The notes beneath the pieces are model-generated. The model worked only from the letters and a program-made list of their open reading frames with translations. It did no database searches and had not been told where the DNA came from. A stretch of 64,000 nucleotides of DNA from a virus (taxonomy: Duplodnaviria; Caudoviricetes): positions 3,242-67,241 of the IMG/VR virus record IMGVR_UViG_2563366732_000001. The stretch is one strand, 5' to 3'. Position 1 is the stretch's first letter. The number at the start of each line of letters is the position of its first letter. Below are positions 45,595 through 57,400 of this stretch, in pieces. A program made the translations under genes and the position numbers.

Positions 45595-45945
45595 ATGGGT
45601 GCAGGAAAATATAATCACAAAATAACAATTGTTCAAAATATAAATAGAAATTTATCTAATCCGCCTACAGATGAAAATGGTACACCTTTAGAAAATTGGC
45701 AACCATTTAAAAAACCTTGGAGTAGAAAAGAAGGATTGAACGCAAGATTATTTTATGCAGCGGCCGCAAGTCAAAGTGAAACAGACACAATATTTTTAAT
45801 TAGATATTTTAAAGGCATTACTCCAGATATGAAAATTGTTGATAATGAAGGCACTTATTTAATTAAAGGTAAGCCAGCGGATAAAGATGGAAATAGAAAA
45901 GAACTGACTATTTATACAGAAGAGGTGGTTAATAGTGGGAGTTAA
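45595..45945 (+). CDS. Head closure / head-tail adaptor
   Basis: GKYNHKITI...FLIRYFKGITPDMKI. Confidence 0.85.
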   Translation: MGAGKYNHKITIVQNINRNLSNPPTDENGTPLENWQPFKKPWSRKEGLNARLFYAAAASQSETDTIFLIRYFKGITPDMKIVDNEGTYLIKGKPADKDGNRKELTIYTEEVVNSGS

Positions 45946-46330
45946 TGTAGAACTCCAAGGTATGGGGGACTTACTCAATAGAATTGAAATGATGGGGCAG
46001 AAAACATCTAAGGTTATTAATCCAATACTAAAAGAAGCAGCTGGACCAATGCTTGAAGAAATTCAGAAAACAACAGAATTTATTGACCATTCACACAACC
46101 TTAGAAATGCCATGAAAATGAGTAAGGTTAAAACTATTAATGGTGTTAAGGCTATATGGGTTGGTGATGTAGATAAAGAAGCAAACTATAGTTGGTATGT
46201 AGAATTTGGACATACGAATCAACATGGAAAGGTTGTTCCAGCGCATCCATTTATGCGACCAGCTTTTCAAAATAACAAATATGTGGCTAAGAAAATAATA
46301 ATATCCAAATTAAAGGAGGCTTTAAGATGA
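45935..46330 (+). CDS. HK97 gp10-like tail component
   Basis: YSWYVEFGH...PAHPFMRPAF. Confidence 0.9.
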   Translation: MGVNVELQGMGDLLNRIEMMGQKTSKVINPILKEAAGPMLEEIQKTTEFIDHSHNLRNAMKMSKVKTINGVKAIWVGDVDKEANYSWYVEFGHTNQHGKVVPAHPFMRPAFQNNKYVAKKIIISKLKEALR

Positions 46331-46661
46331 ATATTTATAATGTTCTTAAAACTGCTTTAGCATCTTTAACTATTCCATGTGTGCAGACAATTTATGGGGG
46401 GCTGCAACAACATATATCACCTATTCTAAATATAACGATAAAGGTAGTGCGTTTGCAGAAACTACAAAGGAAATGGCAAAACATTATCATGTACAGGTTG
46501 ATTTGTGGAGTAAAGAACTTCAAGTTGAGTTAGAAGAACAGATAAAAATTTTATTATCAAACAATGGATTCTGTGAGATAACAGCACAAAATTTATATGA
46601 ACCTGAAACAAAAACATATCATACACCGATTAGTTGTACGTATGTAGACGAGCACTCATGA
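46327..46661 (+). pseudogene. Tail terminator-like gene split by a frameshift in a G6 run
   Basis: MNIYNVLKTALASLTIPCVQTIYGG and AATTYITY...VQVDLWS...LYEPETKTYH join in frame if the G run at 46396-46401 has 7 Gs. Confidence 0.75.
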
Positions 46662-46704
46662 TTGAGTGCATTTTTTATGTAAAAATTTAAGGAGAGTGAT
46701 TTTA

Positions 46705-47613
46705 ATGCCAGCAACAGGAATAACAAAATTTGCAGTAGCAATAAATACAGCAGATACAATAAATAACTTAGCATATAATACTCCAGTAGTATTTCAGAAC
46801 ATACAGGAATTAGACATAAAGCCAAAACAAAATACAGACAAGGCATATGCAGAAAACAGACTTATAGATCAAGCAACTTTGTTTGATTCAGCAGATTTAA
46901 CGGCACAATGGTACGATTTATATGTACAAGAAAGGGCGCTTATATTAGGACAAAATATATCAGCAGAGGGTGGAACTTATGCAGCATTAGGAGATACAGC
47001 ACCTTATTTAGCAGCTCTTTATAAATCACCACTAACAGGAAACCAAGGTAATAGGTACGGAGTAGTTTACAAAGGGCAGTTTACATTGCCTGATGACACA
47101 ATGAAGGGACTGGAAGGCAAACCGGATTTAGGACAAGTACCTAAAGTGACAGGTTCATTCCAACCAACCAATTTTGTAATTAAAGTTACGGATCCGAATA
47201 CAGGATTACTCGTAGAGAAACATCCGTGGGAATATCATATTGATACTACACAGGATTTGGATGAAATGTGGTTTGGAAATGTTTATATTCCTGGAGTAGA
47301 TACAACTGCATTGACAGCAACTACGATACCACTTGATGCGGCAACAGGGGTTTCAGCTAGTGGAAGTGTAGTTATTACATTTAATAAAGCATTAAATGTC
47401 GATACGGTAAATGGTACTAACATATTTTTGATGAAAGCTGATGGAACTTCCATAGCCACAGCAGTAACAATTGATAGTACAAATAAAATAATTACAATTG
47501 ACCCAATAGCAAATTTAGCAGTTGGTGATTATGTAGGAATTGTGACAGAAGGAGTAACTAGCCTTAGTGGTGTTAAATTATCAGATAAATTAGCAATTAA
47601 CTTTACAGTATAA
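46705..47613 (+). CDS. Major tail protein with a C-terminal Ig-like domain
   Basis: N-terminal tail-tube region; C-terminal VVITFNKALN..TVNGTNIFL Ig-like module; likely start MPATG. Confidence 0.88.
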   Translation: MPATGITKFAVAINTADTINNLAYNTPVVFQNIQELDIKPKQNTDKAYAENRLIDQATLFDSADLTAQWYDLYVQERALILGQNISAEGGTYAALGDTAPYLAALYKSPLTGNQGNRYGVVYKGQFTLPDDTMKGLEGKPDLGQVPKVTGSFQPTNFVIKVTDPNTGLLVEKHPWEYHIDTTQDLDEMWFGNVYIPGVDTTALTATTIPLDAATGVSASGSVVITFNKALNVDTVNGTNIFLMKADGTSIATAVTIDSTNKIITIDPIANLAVGDYVGIVTEGVTSLSGVKLSDKLAINFTV

Positions 47614-47717
47614 AAGGAAAGGGCGTAAAAACCCTTTCTATTAAATTTGAAGAAAATAGTTTATAACCAAGCAGGTAATGAACTTTATAATAACTTTAAG
47701 ATAAGATAAAAAATATA

Positions 47718-48077
47718 TTGGAGCGTGAAAAAATAATGGAATTAGAAATAGTTTTAGAGAAGGGTAAAGGAATTGATAAAAATAATAAGCCAATTATAGA
47801 AAAGAAAACTTATAAAACATTTAATCCAAAACTTAAAATGGTTAGAAAATCACTTGAGGTTTTAAATAGCGGAGCATTTGACCACATTACTCCAGAAAGC
47901 ATTGATGAGATAGGAAATTTCATAGTTGAACTATTTGAAAAGCAATTTACTATAGATGAACTATTTGAGGAATTACCAGCTGATCAATTTAAAACTAAAG
48001 CATTTGAATATATGAATACTATCTTAAATACCATGGGTGTGAAATTAAATACAGTCCCCCAAGAAAAGGTGGAGTAA
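47718..48077 (+). CDS. Tail assembly chaperone (G-like)
   Basis: Lies between the major tail protein and tape measure genes; FEKQFTIDEL. Confidence 0.8.
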   Translation: MEREKIMELEIVLEKGKGIDKNNKPIIEKKTYKTFNPKLKMVRKSLEVLNSGAFDHITPESIDEIGNFIVELFEKQFTIDELFEELPADQFKTKAFEYMNTILNTMGVKLNTVPQEKVE

Positions 48078-48244
48078 CTAAAAAACTAACTCCACTGGAT
48101 TTTATTAAAGAACTTTATATAGATCTAATGCAAACACAATCTATATCGCAAATTGATGATATGGATTTCTTTTGGTACTTAGATTTAATAACATATTCAG
48201 TAGTAAAGCCAAAAGAATTAACACCTATAGACCAAATCTTTTAA
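48074..48244 (+). CDS. Tail assembly chaperone T-like extension (-1 frame)
   Basis: Open -1 frame LTPLDFIKELYIDLM...IDDMDFFWYLDL with no obvious RBS and start of its own. Confidence 0.6.
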   Translation, partial: VTKKLTPLDFIKELYIDLMQTQSISQIDDMDFFWYLDLITYSVVKPKELTPIDQIF

Positions 48245-48262
48245 GAAAGGAGGTTAATTTAT

Positions 48263-51200
48263 ATGGCAGATGAAATAGCGGGATTAGCGGTCAAAATCGC
48301 GATGGACGATTCTAGTTTTACAACTGGTATTCAGGATTTGAAAAGGCAATTAACAGTATTAGACACTGGTTTTAAATCAAGTATTACAAGTTCAGATACT
48401 TTTGGCAAGTCACTAGATGGCTTAAAACTTAAAGCTAGTTCACTAGGTGAACAAATAACTGTTCAAAAGCAAGTAGTTCAACAATACCAAGAGCAATTAC
48501 AAAAGTCTAAAACTGCATTAGAGCAAGAATCTACAACAATGATGGAATTGAAAACTAAAGTTGATGCATCAAAAACAGCATGGGAAGAAAGTAAAATTAC
48601 CATGGGTGAAAATACTGAAGCTTCAATTGACCTAGAAAAACAATATAAGGCCTTAGATGCAGAATATACAAAGCAAGAAGCATCTGTAATTAAGAATTTC
48701 AAAGCAGTAGATGGTTATACTATTCAAACTAATAAACAGCAAGCATCCTTAAACTCTATGCAGAATAGTTTGGCAAGTACAAATAAAGAAATAGCAACCC
48801 AAGGGAGCAATTGGATTACTGCAGGGACACAATTAACAACTTTATCTACAAAGACAAAGGCCGTTGGTGAGAGTTTAACTACAGTTGGAGAAAGTTTAAC
48901 CACTAAGGTTACTTTACCAATAGTGGCAGGATTAGGATTAGCGACTAAATCAGCGTCAGACTTTGAACATCAATTAGCGGATATAAGAAAAGAAGTTGCT
49001 GCAACAGGTATTCCAGTCTCACAGGTTAATTCATTGATGAGCCAAATGTCTAGTTCATCATTAACATGGAGTGAGGATTTCGGACAATCTACAGATGATA
49101 TAAATCAAGGTTTATTAACACTTGTTAAAGATGGATATACTGCTAGTGAAGCAATGGATACTATGCAAACATCTTTATATACGGCGAGAGGTTCAAATGA
49201 AGAATTAGAAACTACAGTAGATAAATTAGGCTCGTCACTAGAAGCCTATGGGATGAAAACCAATGATGCTGCTACAACTACTGCAAATATGACACATATG
49301 GCAGATACTTTCGCTTATACTGCTAATCACACTAAAGCTAGTATTTCAAGTTTAGGAGAAGCTTTCAGTATTGTTGGACCATTAGCTAGTCAGTTAAAAA
49401 TTCCAATGTCTCAAACAGCTGCGGCTATTGGAGAACTAGAAAGTAATGGTATAGATGCATCTACGGCAGCAACAAGTTTACAAGCAGGGTTAGTAAACTT
49501 AACAAAGCCTACTAAAAAGATGCAAACTCAATTAGATTTAATGAAATTTTCAGCGTTTGATTCAAATGGGAAAATGAAAGACCTTACAACAACTATATCA
49601 GAAATGTCACAGAAAACGTCTGGGTGGACAGATAAGCAAAGAGAAGCAGCTTATGCGACTATATTTGGGAAAGAATCATTAGCATCTTGGGGAATATTGA
49701 TGCACAAAGGTAGTGGATATTTAAGTACACTTTCTACTAATGCTAATAATGCTACAGGAGAAGTTAAAAGATTATCCGATAGTATGAAAGATACAGCACA
49801 AAACAATTTTAAAGAATTACAAGAATCCGTTTCAGCACTTGGGATTGCGTTTGGACAAGATGTATTACCATCATTAGTACCTGTTGTAAAACAAGTAACC
49901 TCATTAGTTCAAGGTTTTAGCAAACTGGACGATAGCACTAAAAAAAATATTGTAACAGTTTTGGAAGTAGTTGCTGTGGCTGGACCTACGTTACTTATAA
50001 TCGGTAAAGTAGCTACGGGACTTAGTGTTGTAGAGAAAGGTGTAGGTAGGCTCACTGGTTTTATTGGTAAAAAAATTATTGCAAGTCAAGCAGATGCAAT
50101 TGCAACAGAAGCAAGTACAGTGGCCACAGAAACCACGACTACGGCAACCGAAGCAAATACAGTTGTAGAAGAGGTAAACACAGCAGCTGAAGAAGCAAAT
50201 ACCGTAGCAAAAGGCACCGGAGCCGTAGCAACGGAAGCAACTACAGCTGCTACTGTTGCAAAAACAGCTGTAACTGAGGCAAGCACATTAGCCGAAGGGG
50301 GAGCAGCAACTGCAGCAGCAACAACTGCTACTGAAATTGCAGGAGTTGGAGTAGCATCTGCAACAGCTGGAGAAGCTGTTGCAGGAGCAGGAGCGGCAGC
50401 CGTTGGTGCTGGAGAAGCATTGGGTGGAACTGCATTAGCTGGAGGAGTAGCAGCAACAGGATTAGCAGCACTTGCAATATCAGCAGCTCCTTGGCTAATA
50501 GCTGGAGCTGCTATAGTAGGAACAGGGATAGCTATACATCATGCAATAACAGAACAAGCAGCTCCAAGCGTAGATTTATTCAATGATAAAATTCAAGAAC
50601 ATACAAAAACCATGGGTGCATATGGTACGGAGATGGATGTTACAACAACTAAAACAGTAAACTTTGATGATGCTACTAAAACTGCAGTTAGTTCATACAT
50701 GCAAATGGATGATAATGTTAAAAAAACTATGACAGATATATATGTAAATTCTGATAAGTTCACTGGGCAAACAAAAACAGCAGTTATATCACAATTTACA
50801 GATATGGCAAATAAGGTTACTAACTTAAATGGTAATGCTAAAGATAAGGTTTTAACGGATTTTACAAATATGGTTGGTAATACAAGCACTTTATCTACTA
50901 AAAATAAGAATGATATTGTAGCACAATATACACAAATGGTAAGCAAGGTTAGTGGATTAACAGCACAGCAGAAAACTGATACTATTAAAAAGTTTACAGA
51001 CACTATGACACAAAGTACAGGCATAACCAAAACGCAAGTAGACAGTGTAGTGAGCCAATTTTCAGCTATGGGCACTAAAATTAAAAATGCAGATGATACA
51101 CAATATAATACTAGATTTAAAACTATGCAAGATTATTTCGCTAAAAGTGATGCTTTAAGTACAACTGATGAACAAAAAGTATTAGCGAATATGACTTCAA

Positions 51201-52264
51201 ATAATAATGCACAAAAAGCTAAAATAGACACATATGAAGCACAAATAACAGCCATTTATACTAATGCATCTAATCAGCATAGACAATTAACTACTGCTGA
51301 ACAAACACAAGTTAATGACATACAAAATAAAATGAATACTACTGCAGTAACGTCTTTAAGCAGTAATGAAATACAAAGTAAAGTAATTCTTGAGAGAATG
51401 AAAAGCTATGGTACAAGTATCACAGAGCAACAAGCAACTAGTATTATTCAAAGTGCTAATAAGCAAAGAGATGGATCCGTAGCGGCAGCAAACGACCAGT
51501 ATAATAAAACAGTTGCGAATTTTATCTATCAAAGGGATGTAACTCATTCTATAACAGCTGACCAAGCTACGAAACTAATAGCAGATGCTGGAAAGATAAG
51601 AGACCAAAGTATACAATCAGCGAAAGACCAAAGAGAACAAGTAGTTGGGCATCTAACTAAGATGAACAGCGATTTAGTTAAGGATATGGATACAAGTACA
51701 GGGAAAATGCTATCACCTTTTACAAAATTCGGCGATAGCGTAGGACAAGAATTTGCAAAAATATCTCAAGGGTGGGCTAATTTGAGCTTTCCCGAAAAAA
51801 CATTAAAGGTTGTAGGTAATATTGTAAGTGGGTTAACTGGTCTTTCTATACCAGGACTAGCCACAGGTACAACAAATGCCACAAAGGGTTTGACCTTAGT
51901 GGGTGAAAAAGGTCCTGAACTTGTATATATGGGTGGTGGTGAAACAGTTTTAAATAATAATGATACCACAAAGCTTATGCAGAACGGGATTTCGAATAAT
52001 TTATCGTCAATGGCAAATAGCATGAGTAATATGCAAGTACCTTCATTATCATCTTTAAATACATCAAATAATACTACCAATAACTACGTAAATAATGTAT
52101 CTAATAATGCAGATGGTGCTAATTCAAACAATAGTGGTTCTAGTAAAATCGGTGATTTAATATTTAACGTTGAAAAGGTTATTGGATATCCTGATTTAAA
52201 AAAATTGATGAGAGATGCAAATAACATTAAGACAAATATAAATATGGGGAAGGGGGCGGTGTAA
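48263..52264 (+). CDS. Tape measure protein (TP901-like)
   Basis: 1333 aa; FEHQLADIRK, LGEAFSIVGPLA, IFGKES and GLATGT...VGEKGPEL motifs. Confidence 0.96.
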   Translation: MADEIAGLAVKIAMDDSSFTTGIQDLKRQLTVLDTGFKSSITSSDTFGKSLDGLKLKASSLGEQITVQKQVVQQYQEQLQKSKTALEQESTTMMELKTKVDASKTAWEESKITMGENTEASIDLEKQYKALDAEYTKQEASVIKNFKAVDGYTIQTNKQQASLNSMQNSLASTNKEIATQGSNWITAGTQLTTLSTKTKAVGESLTTVGESLTTKVTLPIVAGLGLATKSASDFEHQLADIRKEVAATGIPVSQVNSLMSQMSSSSLTWSEDFGQSTDDINQGLLTLVKDGYTASEAMDTMQTSLYTARGSNEELETTVDKLGSSLEAYGMKTNDAATTTANMTHMADTFAYTANHTKASISSLGEAFSIVGPLASQLKIPMSQTAAAIGELESNGIDASTAATSLQAGLVNLTKPTKKMQTQLDLMKFSAFDSNGKMKDLTTTISEMSQKTSGWTDKQREAAYATIFGKESLASWGILMHKGSGYLSTLSTNANNATGEVKRLSDSMKDTAQNNFKELQESVSALGIAFGQDVLPSLVPVVKQVTSLVQGFSKLDDSTKKNIVTVLEVVAVAGPTLLIIGKVATGLSVVEKGVGRLTGFIGKKIIASQADAIATEASTVATETTTTATEANTVVEEVNTAAEEANTVAKGTGAVATEATTAATVAKTAVTEASTLAEGGAATAAATTATEIAGVGVASATAGEAVAGAGAAAVGAGEALGGTALAGGVAATGLAALAISAAPWLIAGAAIVGTGIAIHHAITEQAAPSVDLFNDKIQEHTKTMGAYGTEMDVTTTKTVNFDDATKTAVSSYMQMDDNVKKTMTDIYVNSDKFTGQTKTAVISQFTDMANKVTNLNGNAKDKVLTDFTNMVGNTSTLSTKNKNDIVAQYTQMVSKVSGLTAQQKTDTIKKFTDTMTQSTGITKTQVDSVVSQFSAMGTKIKNADDTQYNTRFKTMQDYFAKSDALSTTDEQKVLANMTSNNNAQKAKIDTYEAQITAIYTNASNQHRQLTTAEQTQVNDIQNKMNTTAVTSLSSNEIQSKVILERMKSYGTSITEQQATSIIQSANKQRDGSVAAANDQYNKTVANFIYQRDVTHSITADQATKLIADAGKIRDQSIQSAKDQREQVVGHLTKMNSDLVKDMDTSTGKMLSPFTKFGDSVGQEFAKISQGWANLSFPEKTLKVVGNIVSGLTGLSIPGLATGTTNATKGLTLVGEKGPELVYMGGGETVLNNNDTTKLMQNGISNNLSSMANSMSNMQVPSLSSLNTSNNTTNNYVNNVSNNADGANSNNSGSSKIGDLIFNVEKVIGYPDLKKLMRDANNIKTNINMGKGAV

Positions 52265-52990
52265 TTGGCAACATACATAACATTTAAAGATATTTGCTCT
52301 TTAGATATTAAAGGTGTATATATTCAAACATATCCCTTACCTGATGCATCATCCCCAAGTAGACGTGTAACTAAAACTCCGGTGGCTGGAAGAAATGGTA
52401 ATTTGAGAATTTTAGAAAGTGACGATTATGGACAAGATGTATTTGATAGCATAGAAAAATCCATTGATATTCTATACAAAGGTGATAACTTGGATTTAAT
52501 GAAAAACTGGCTTAGAGGTAATGGAAAGTTAATTTTAAGTAATGCATCTGATAGGTATTGGAAGGCTAGTATAGATAATATTATATCTATAGATAAATTA
52601 CTTATTAATAATTTAAGGACTTTTACGGTGGTATTTTCATGTTTCCCATATGCCTTTTTAAAATTTGGTGATACACCTATAGTCTATAATCCAACAACTA
52701 CAACTTGGGAAACAATAATTATGAATGAATATGATTTATCTTTGCCACACTTTAAAATCTATGGGCAGGGTGATATTGGATTACTTATAAATGGTGTTGA
52801 AACTGATTTTTACGCAGTGGATCAGTTGGTTGAATGTGATTCAGATTTACAGCAGTGCTATAAAGGCAACCAAAACTTAGGCATGAATATGTCGGGTGAA
52901 TTTCCAGTATTATATCCAGGTAAAAATGTTATTGAATTTATAGGCAATATTAAGCAAGTAATATTAACTCCACACTGGAGAACTTTATAG
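52265..52990 (+). CDS. Distal tail protein (Dit)
   Basis: PVAGRNGNL, NWLRGNGKLILS and GEFPVLYPGKN...TPHWRTL. Confidence 0.88.
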   Translation: MATYITFKDICSLDIKGVYIQTYPLPDASSPSRRVTKTPVAGRNGNLRILESDDYGQDVFDSIEKSIDILYKGDNLDLMKNWLRGNGKLILSNASDRYWKASIDNIISIDKLLINNLRTFTVVFSCFPYAFLKFGDTPIVYNPTTTTWETIIMNEYDLSLPHFKIYGQGDIGLLINGVETDFYAVDQLVECDSDLQQCYKGNQNLGMNMSGEFPVLYPGKNVIEFIGNIKQVILTPHWRTL

Positions 52991-52996
52991 GAGGAA

Positions 52997-53473
52997 TTGA
53001 AATTGAATAAAGAAGATGTAATTAAGATATACAAGGCAATAGGTGCTGAAAAAGATAAGGGAAATGTAAAATTTAGATATGTACTATTAAAAAATGAAAA
53101 TATTATTAAATCTGAGATAGAAGCACTCATAGAGATAGAAAATGGCATAGACAAAATAATAGAACCTTTGAATAAAAAAAGAGGAGAATTGATTAAGGAG
53201 ATAGGCTCACTAAATGAAGCAACAAACGAATATACTATCAAACCCGAAGAAACAGAAAAAATCAATGAGTTTACTGAGAGATTTAAAGCAATACAAGAAA
53301 AATATAAGGATTCAATCGCTGAATATAACAGGAGCTATGCTGAATATAAAGAAATGTTAAAAGAAGATTTAGAGACTCCTTTAAATTTATTCGAAGTTAA
53401 AATTGAAAATTGTCCCGAAGATTTACAAACAGAAAGTTTAGAAATATTTATGAAATGTGAAATTATAAAATAG
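52997..53473 (+). CDS. Phage hypothetical protein
   Basis: RBS AGGAGG. Confidence 0.7.
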   Translation: MKLNKEDVIKIYKAIGAEKDKGNVKFRYVLLKNENIIKSEIEALIEIENGIDKIIEPLNKKRGELIKEIGSLNEATNEYTIKPEETEKINEFTERFKAIQEKYKDSIAEYNRSYAEYKEMLKEDLETPLNLFEVKIENCPEDLQTESLEIFMKCEIIK

Positions 53474-53485
53474 GGAGATGATTAG

Positions 53486-54421
53486 ATGTTTGATGGATTT
53501 TATCCTTTGAATTTAGAAGTAAATAAAGCGTTGGCAGATCTTCCAGATGTTAAAACCACTGACCACAAAAGTCGTGGACTTGATATAACAAGAACCTTAA
53601 ATGGAGTTGTACAAAATACAGCTAATCAAGCCATATATCTTAATGCTAAAACACCGAATGGGAGGACAATATTTGAAGTAGCAGACGTAATTGACACTGG
53701 GGTTGGGCATTATATGGTAACTTATCCTGACAGTATGGTAAATGTAGCGGGAGCGGTAAGCCTTGAACTTATGATAGTAGACCCAACTGGAACAATATCA
53801 ACCAATACTGGAACAGTTAATGTAGTTCAAGCAGTAAGTAACTATGAGGATATAATAAGTGATCCAAACTATCCAGCCCTATTAAAAGCACTTAATACTA
53901 TACAAGCTATGCAGGCATCACTTGTGGACATGCAAACTCAAATCAATAATGCAGAGCACTACGAAACAGGAGATATAGTTGCTTCACCAGTAGCAAAAAA
54001 TATAGCTCACTGGCTACCTTTAGATGGTAGGTCAACGAGTGGATATAGTGGATTAGCTTCAATTTATGGGGCTAACTTACCAAATGTGGATGGTAAAACA
54101 CTCGTACAAATAGATGCTACACAAACTGAATTTAATGCCATAAGTAAAACTGGCGGAGAGAAGACACATACTCTATCCATAGCGGAAAGTGCTGCACATA
54201 TACATGGATTAGATATGTATAAATGTAGCGAAGAAAATGCAGGGCATTATTCTTTATTACCACAAGGATATAACGGATACAATGGTTTTGCAGATAGAGT
54301 AATGGTTGTTGCATCTAATGGCGCTCGCTCAACCGAGTATATTGAGAGTACAGGCGGAGGTCAAGCACATAATAATTTACAACCATATATTGTTATTGGT
54401 AAGTTTTATGTCCATATCTAG
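53486..54421 (+). CDS. Baseplate upper (BppU-like) protein with a tail-collar-like C-terminus
   Basis: DHKSRGLDI N-terminus; KTGGEKTHTLS.AE...H.H...GGGQAHNNLQPY. Confidence 0.8.
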   Translation: MFDGFYPLNLEVNKALADLPDVKTTDHKSRGLDITRTLNGVVQNTANQAIYLNAKTPNGRTIFEVADVIDTGVGHYMVTYPDSMVNVAGAVSLELMIVDPTGTISTNTGTVNVVQAVSNYEDIISDPNYPALLKALNTIQAMQASLVDMQTQINNAEHYETGDIVASPVAKNIAHWLPLDGRSTSGYSGLASIYGANLPNVDGKTLVQIDATQTEFNAISKTGGEKTHTLSIAESAAHIHGLDMYKCSEENAGHYSLLPQGYNGYNGFADRVMVVASNGARSTEYIESTGGGQAHNNLQPYIVIGKFYVHI

Positions 54422-54432
54422 GTGGTGATTAA

Positions 54433-57400
54433 ATGATAATACTTTATGACAAAAATAAAACAAGTAATTTTGATAGAAATGATTTGGTACTACAAAATGT
54501 TACTAAATGTGAAGTGACATGGGAGAAAAATGGGCAGTTTCAAATTGATTTAATTTATGCAATAACCCCCGGGGATACAATATGGGAAAGTATTGTTAAG
54601 GGGGCTATTATTAAATGCCCAGTGGCACATCAACAAGATCAGTTGTTTAGACTTAATACACCAACAAAAAAGATGGATGAGAATAGTCAGTATATGTATA
54701 TCGAAGTTACTGGATACCATATAACTTACGATTTAAATTATAATTTTTTAGAGGATGTAAAAATAGCAAATATGAGTGGTATAGATGCTGGAAATTATAT
54801 TCTAGCAAATACACAATATTTACACCCTTTTAGTTGGGTAGGTGATATTGCTAGTGTAAATACGGCTGAATATGTAAGACGAAATGTTGTTGATGCTCTA
54901 GTCGGCAGTAACGACCAGGAGTATATTAACTTATGGGGTGGGGAACTTGTAAGAGATAATTTTAATATTGGAATGTATAAGCAAGCTGGACAAAATAATG
55001 GTGTAGTAATTAAATACTCAAAAAATCTTACAGGCTTTGAACAGTCGGCAGATGATAGCAATTTAATTACAAGAGCAATGCCCACATTAGGTAGTACAAG
55101 CACTACCACAGATTCAACAGATACAAGTACAGATACGGTGTTACCCGAAAAATATGTTGATAGCCCATTGATAAATAACTATGCCAATATCTATGTAAAA
55201 GAAGTGCAAGTAACACTTACAGATGCACAAAAATTATTACCTAATGACCAAATTTATCAACTCATGAGGGACTATGTTAATGCTCAGTATGCTAATCATA
55301 TTGATATTCCCATTTACTCTTATGTAGTAAATTTTATTGAGTTATCTAAAACAGAGGAATATAAAAAATTTGCAATATTGGAAGAAGTTAAACCATATGA
55401 CTTCATAACTATAAAGGCATTAGATATAGATGTAATAGCTGAATTGGTTGGATATACTTACGATTCATTAGTCAAAAGGTATGAAGAGGTTACCTTGGGT
55501 AATGTTCAAAACGATATTATAAGAAGTAATCAAAAATCACTGTTTCAATTATCACAACAGAATCAACAAAGTATTAAAATATTACAAGCACAAATGGGAT
55601 ATGTGCCTAACAGTATGTTATCAATTGCTAATTCTGCCACAAGCGGTGGTAATAATCTTTTTGACCATGCATTGGTATTAAGTAATACCGTACAAGAATG
55701 GGTTACTAGTGGGGCTAGTGTGGTGACTGACCCAACTTTACACGATACAGATTCAGTTTGGAAGTTAACACCCAATGGATATGTTAATAAAAATGATGTT
55801 ATCATCAATCCCAATAACTATATTGGTAAACAAATGGTTTTTAGTTTGCAAGCCAAATATAGTGATATAACACTTACGGACAGCGGAGAGTATGGTGTAT
55901 TCCAAAGCAATGTTCTATTAGGTGCATTAGATGCAGTCATCAAACGTTGCTTAGTGGGTGTACTTGGAACTACGTGGAATTTTAATAGTGCAGGAACTGG
56001 TCTTATATCAGAAATGGTAACAGTAACACCAGGGACTTCTATTACAATTTCTAACCAAAAAAATTATAGCTATATATTACATGGCTATGATAATAACCAA
56101 AACTTTGTAGTTGATTTTACAGTAGGAAGTATACCAGCTGGAGTATCTTATATGGTGGCTGAAATATTAGTGTCTTTAAGTCCCCAGAATATTGTGGGAT
56201 TTAATGTTGCTGAGACTAACCCATACACTTCACCAAATATATGTAGGATATATGCAAATCAAGCAAATAGTGATTGGACAGTCCAAGAACAGGATTTTAA
56301 CTTAGCAACTGAACATCCCAGTGATATTATACAATCCATAAACTTTAGGTCACTAAATGGTGATTCAAATGCAACTATATATATAGCTGCATTTATGATT
56401 AATACTGGAACTGTAAGAAGTGATTTCTCACAAAGCAGTAATGATACAGTTGAAACTTTAGTAGCCCACCAGATTGTGGCTGATTATATTACAGCTAAAT
56501 CAGCAGATATTGATAATCTTCATGTAACGAATGAGACTGTAGATAACATAAGTATTGGCATTGCAAATGTAATAGATTTAACTACTGGTACATTAAAAGC
56601 TGGCTCTGTCACTGCCGATAGTATAAAGGCTGGAACTATTACTGTAGGAAGTGCAATAATTGCAAATGGTGCTATTACAAATGCATTAATTGCCAATGCA
56701 GCTGTGCAAACAGAACAAATTGCAGATGGTTCAGTCACAGACTTAAAAGTTGTAGATTTATCTGCCAATAGTATAACAGCTGGAACTTTATCTGTGGATA
56801 GACTTGTAATAAGGGGAACTAATAGCAGCATAGTATATGCATTAAACAATATTACAGGAGCTTTACAATCACAGAATGTGGACACTTTGAACGGTGAGAC
56901 ATTAACACCACGAACACTAACAGCAGATAAGCTTGTGGCAGATTCAATAACTGCAAATGAAATAGCAAGTAAGACTATTACAGCCAATGAGATTTTGACT
57001 AATACTATAACCGCAAATGAAATAAAGGCAAATACCATAACATCAAATGAAATAAAGGCTAATACAATAACTGTAAATGAACTATCAAATACTGTAGGAA
57101 GCAACTTGGATATATCTAGTAATACAAATTTAACTTTAGCAATTAAGAATGTTCAAGTTGGGGGAGTTAACTTTCTTACTAAAAATTCAATGCAAAATAT
57201 TCAACAGATTGGGGGAAATTCAGTAGCCACCTATAATGGTGGAATTGCAATGGATGGTACACAAACAGCTATTAGCATAGCCAGTGGGACTAACCCACAA
57301 CGTATGAGGTTTAACTATGTTTTACCATCCATAAATGGAAACTATAATATTTCATTTTGGGCTAAAACTACAGGTTCAGTCAATATTAATGGAGCAGTTG

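Noticed and set aside
50086-51075. Minus-strand ORFs in the tape measure gene, and its Ala/Thr/Glu-rich tract
   Set aside because: Antisense shadows of low-complexity coding sequence, which is ordinary for tape measure proteins.
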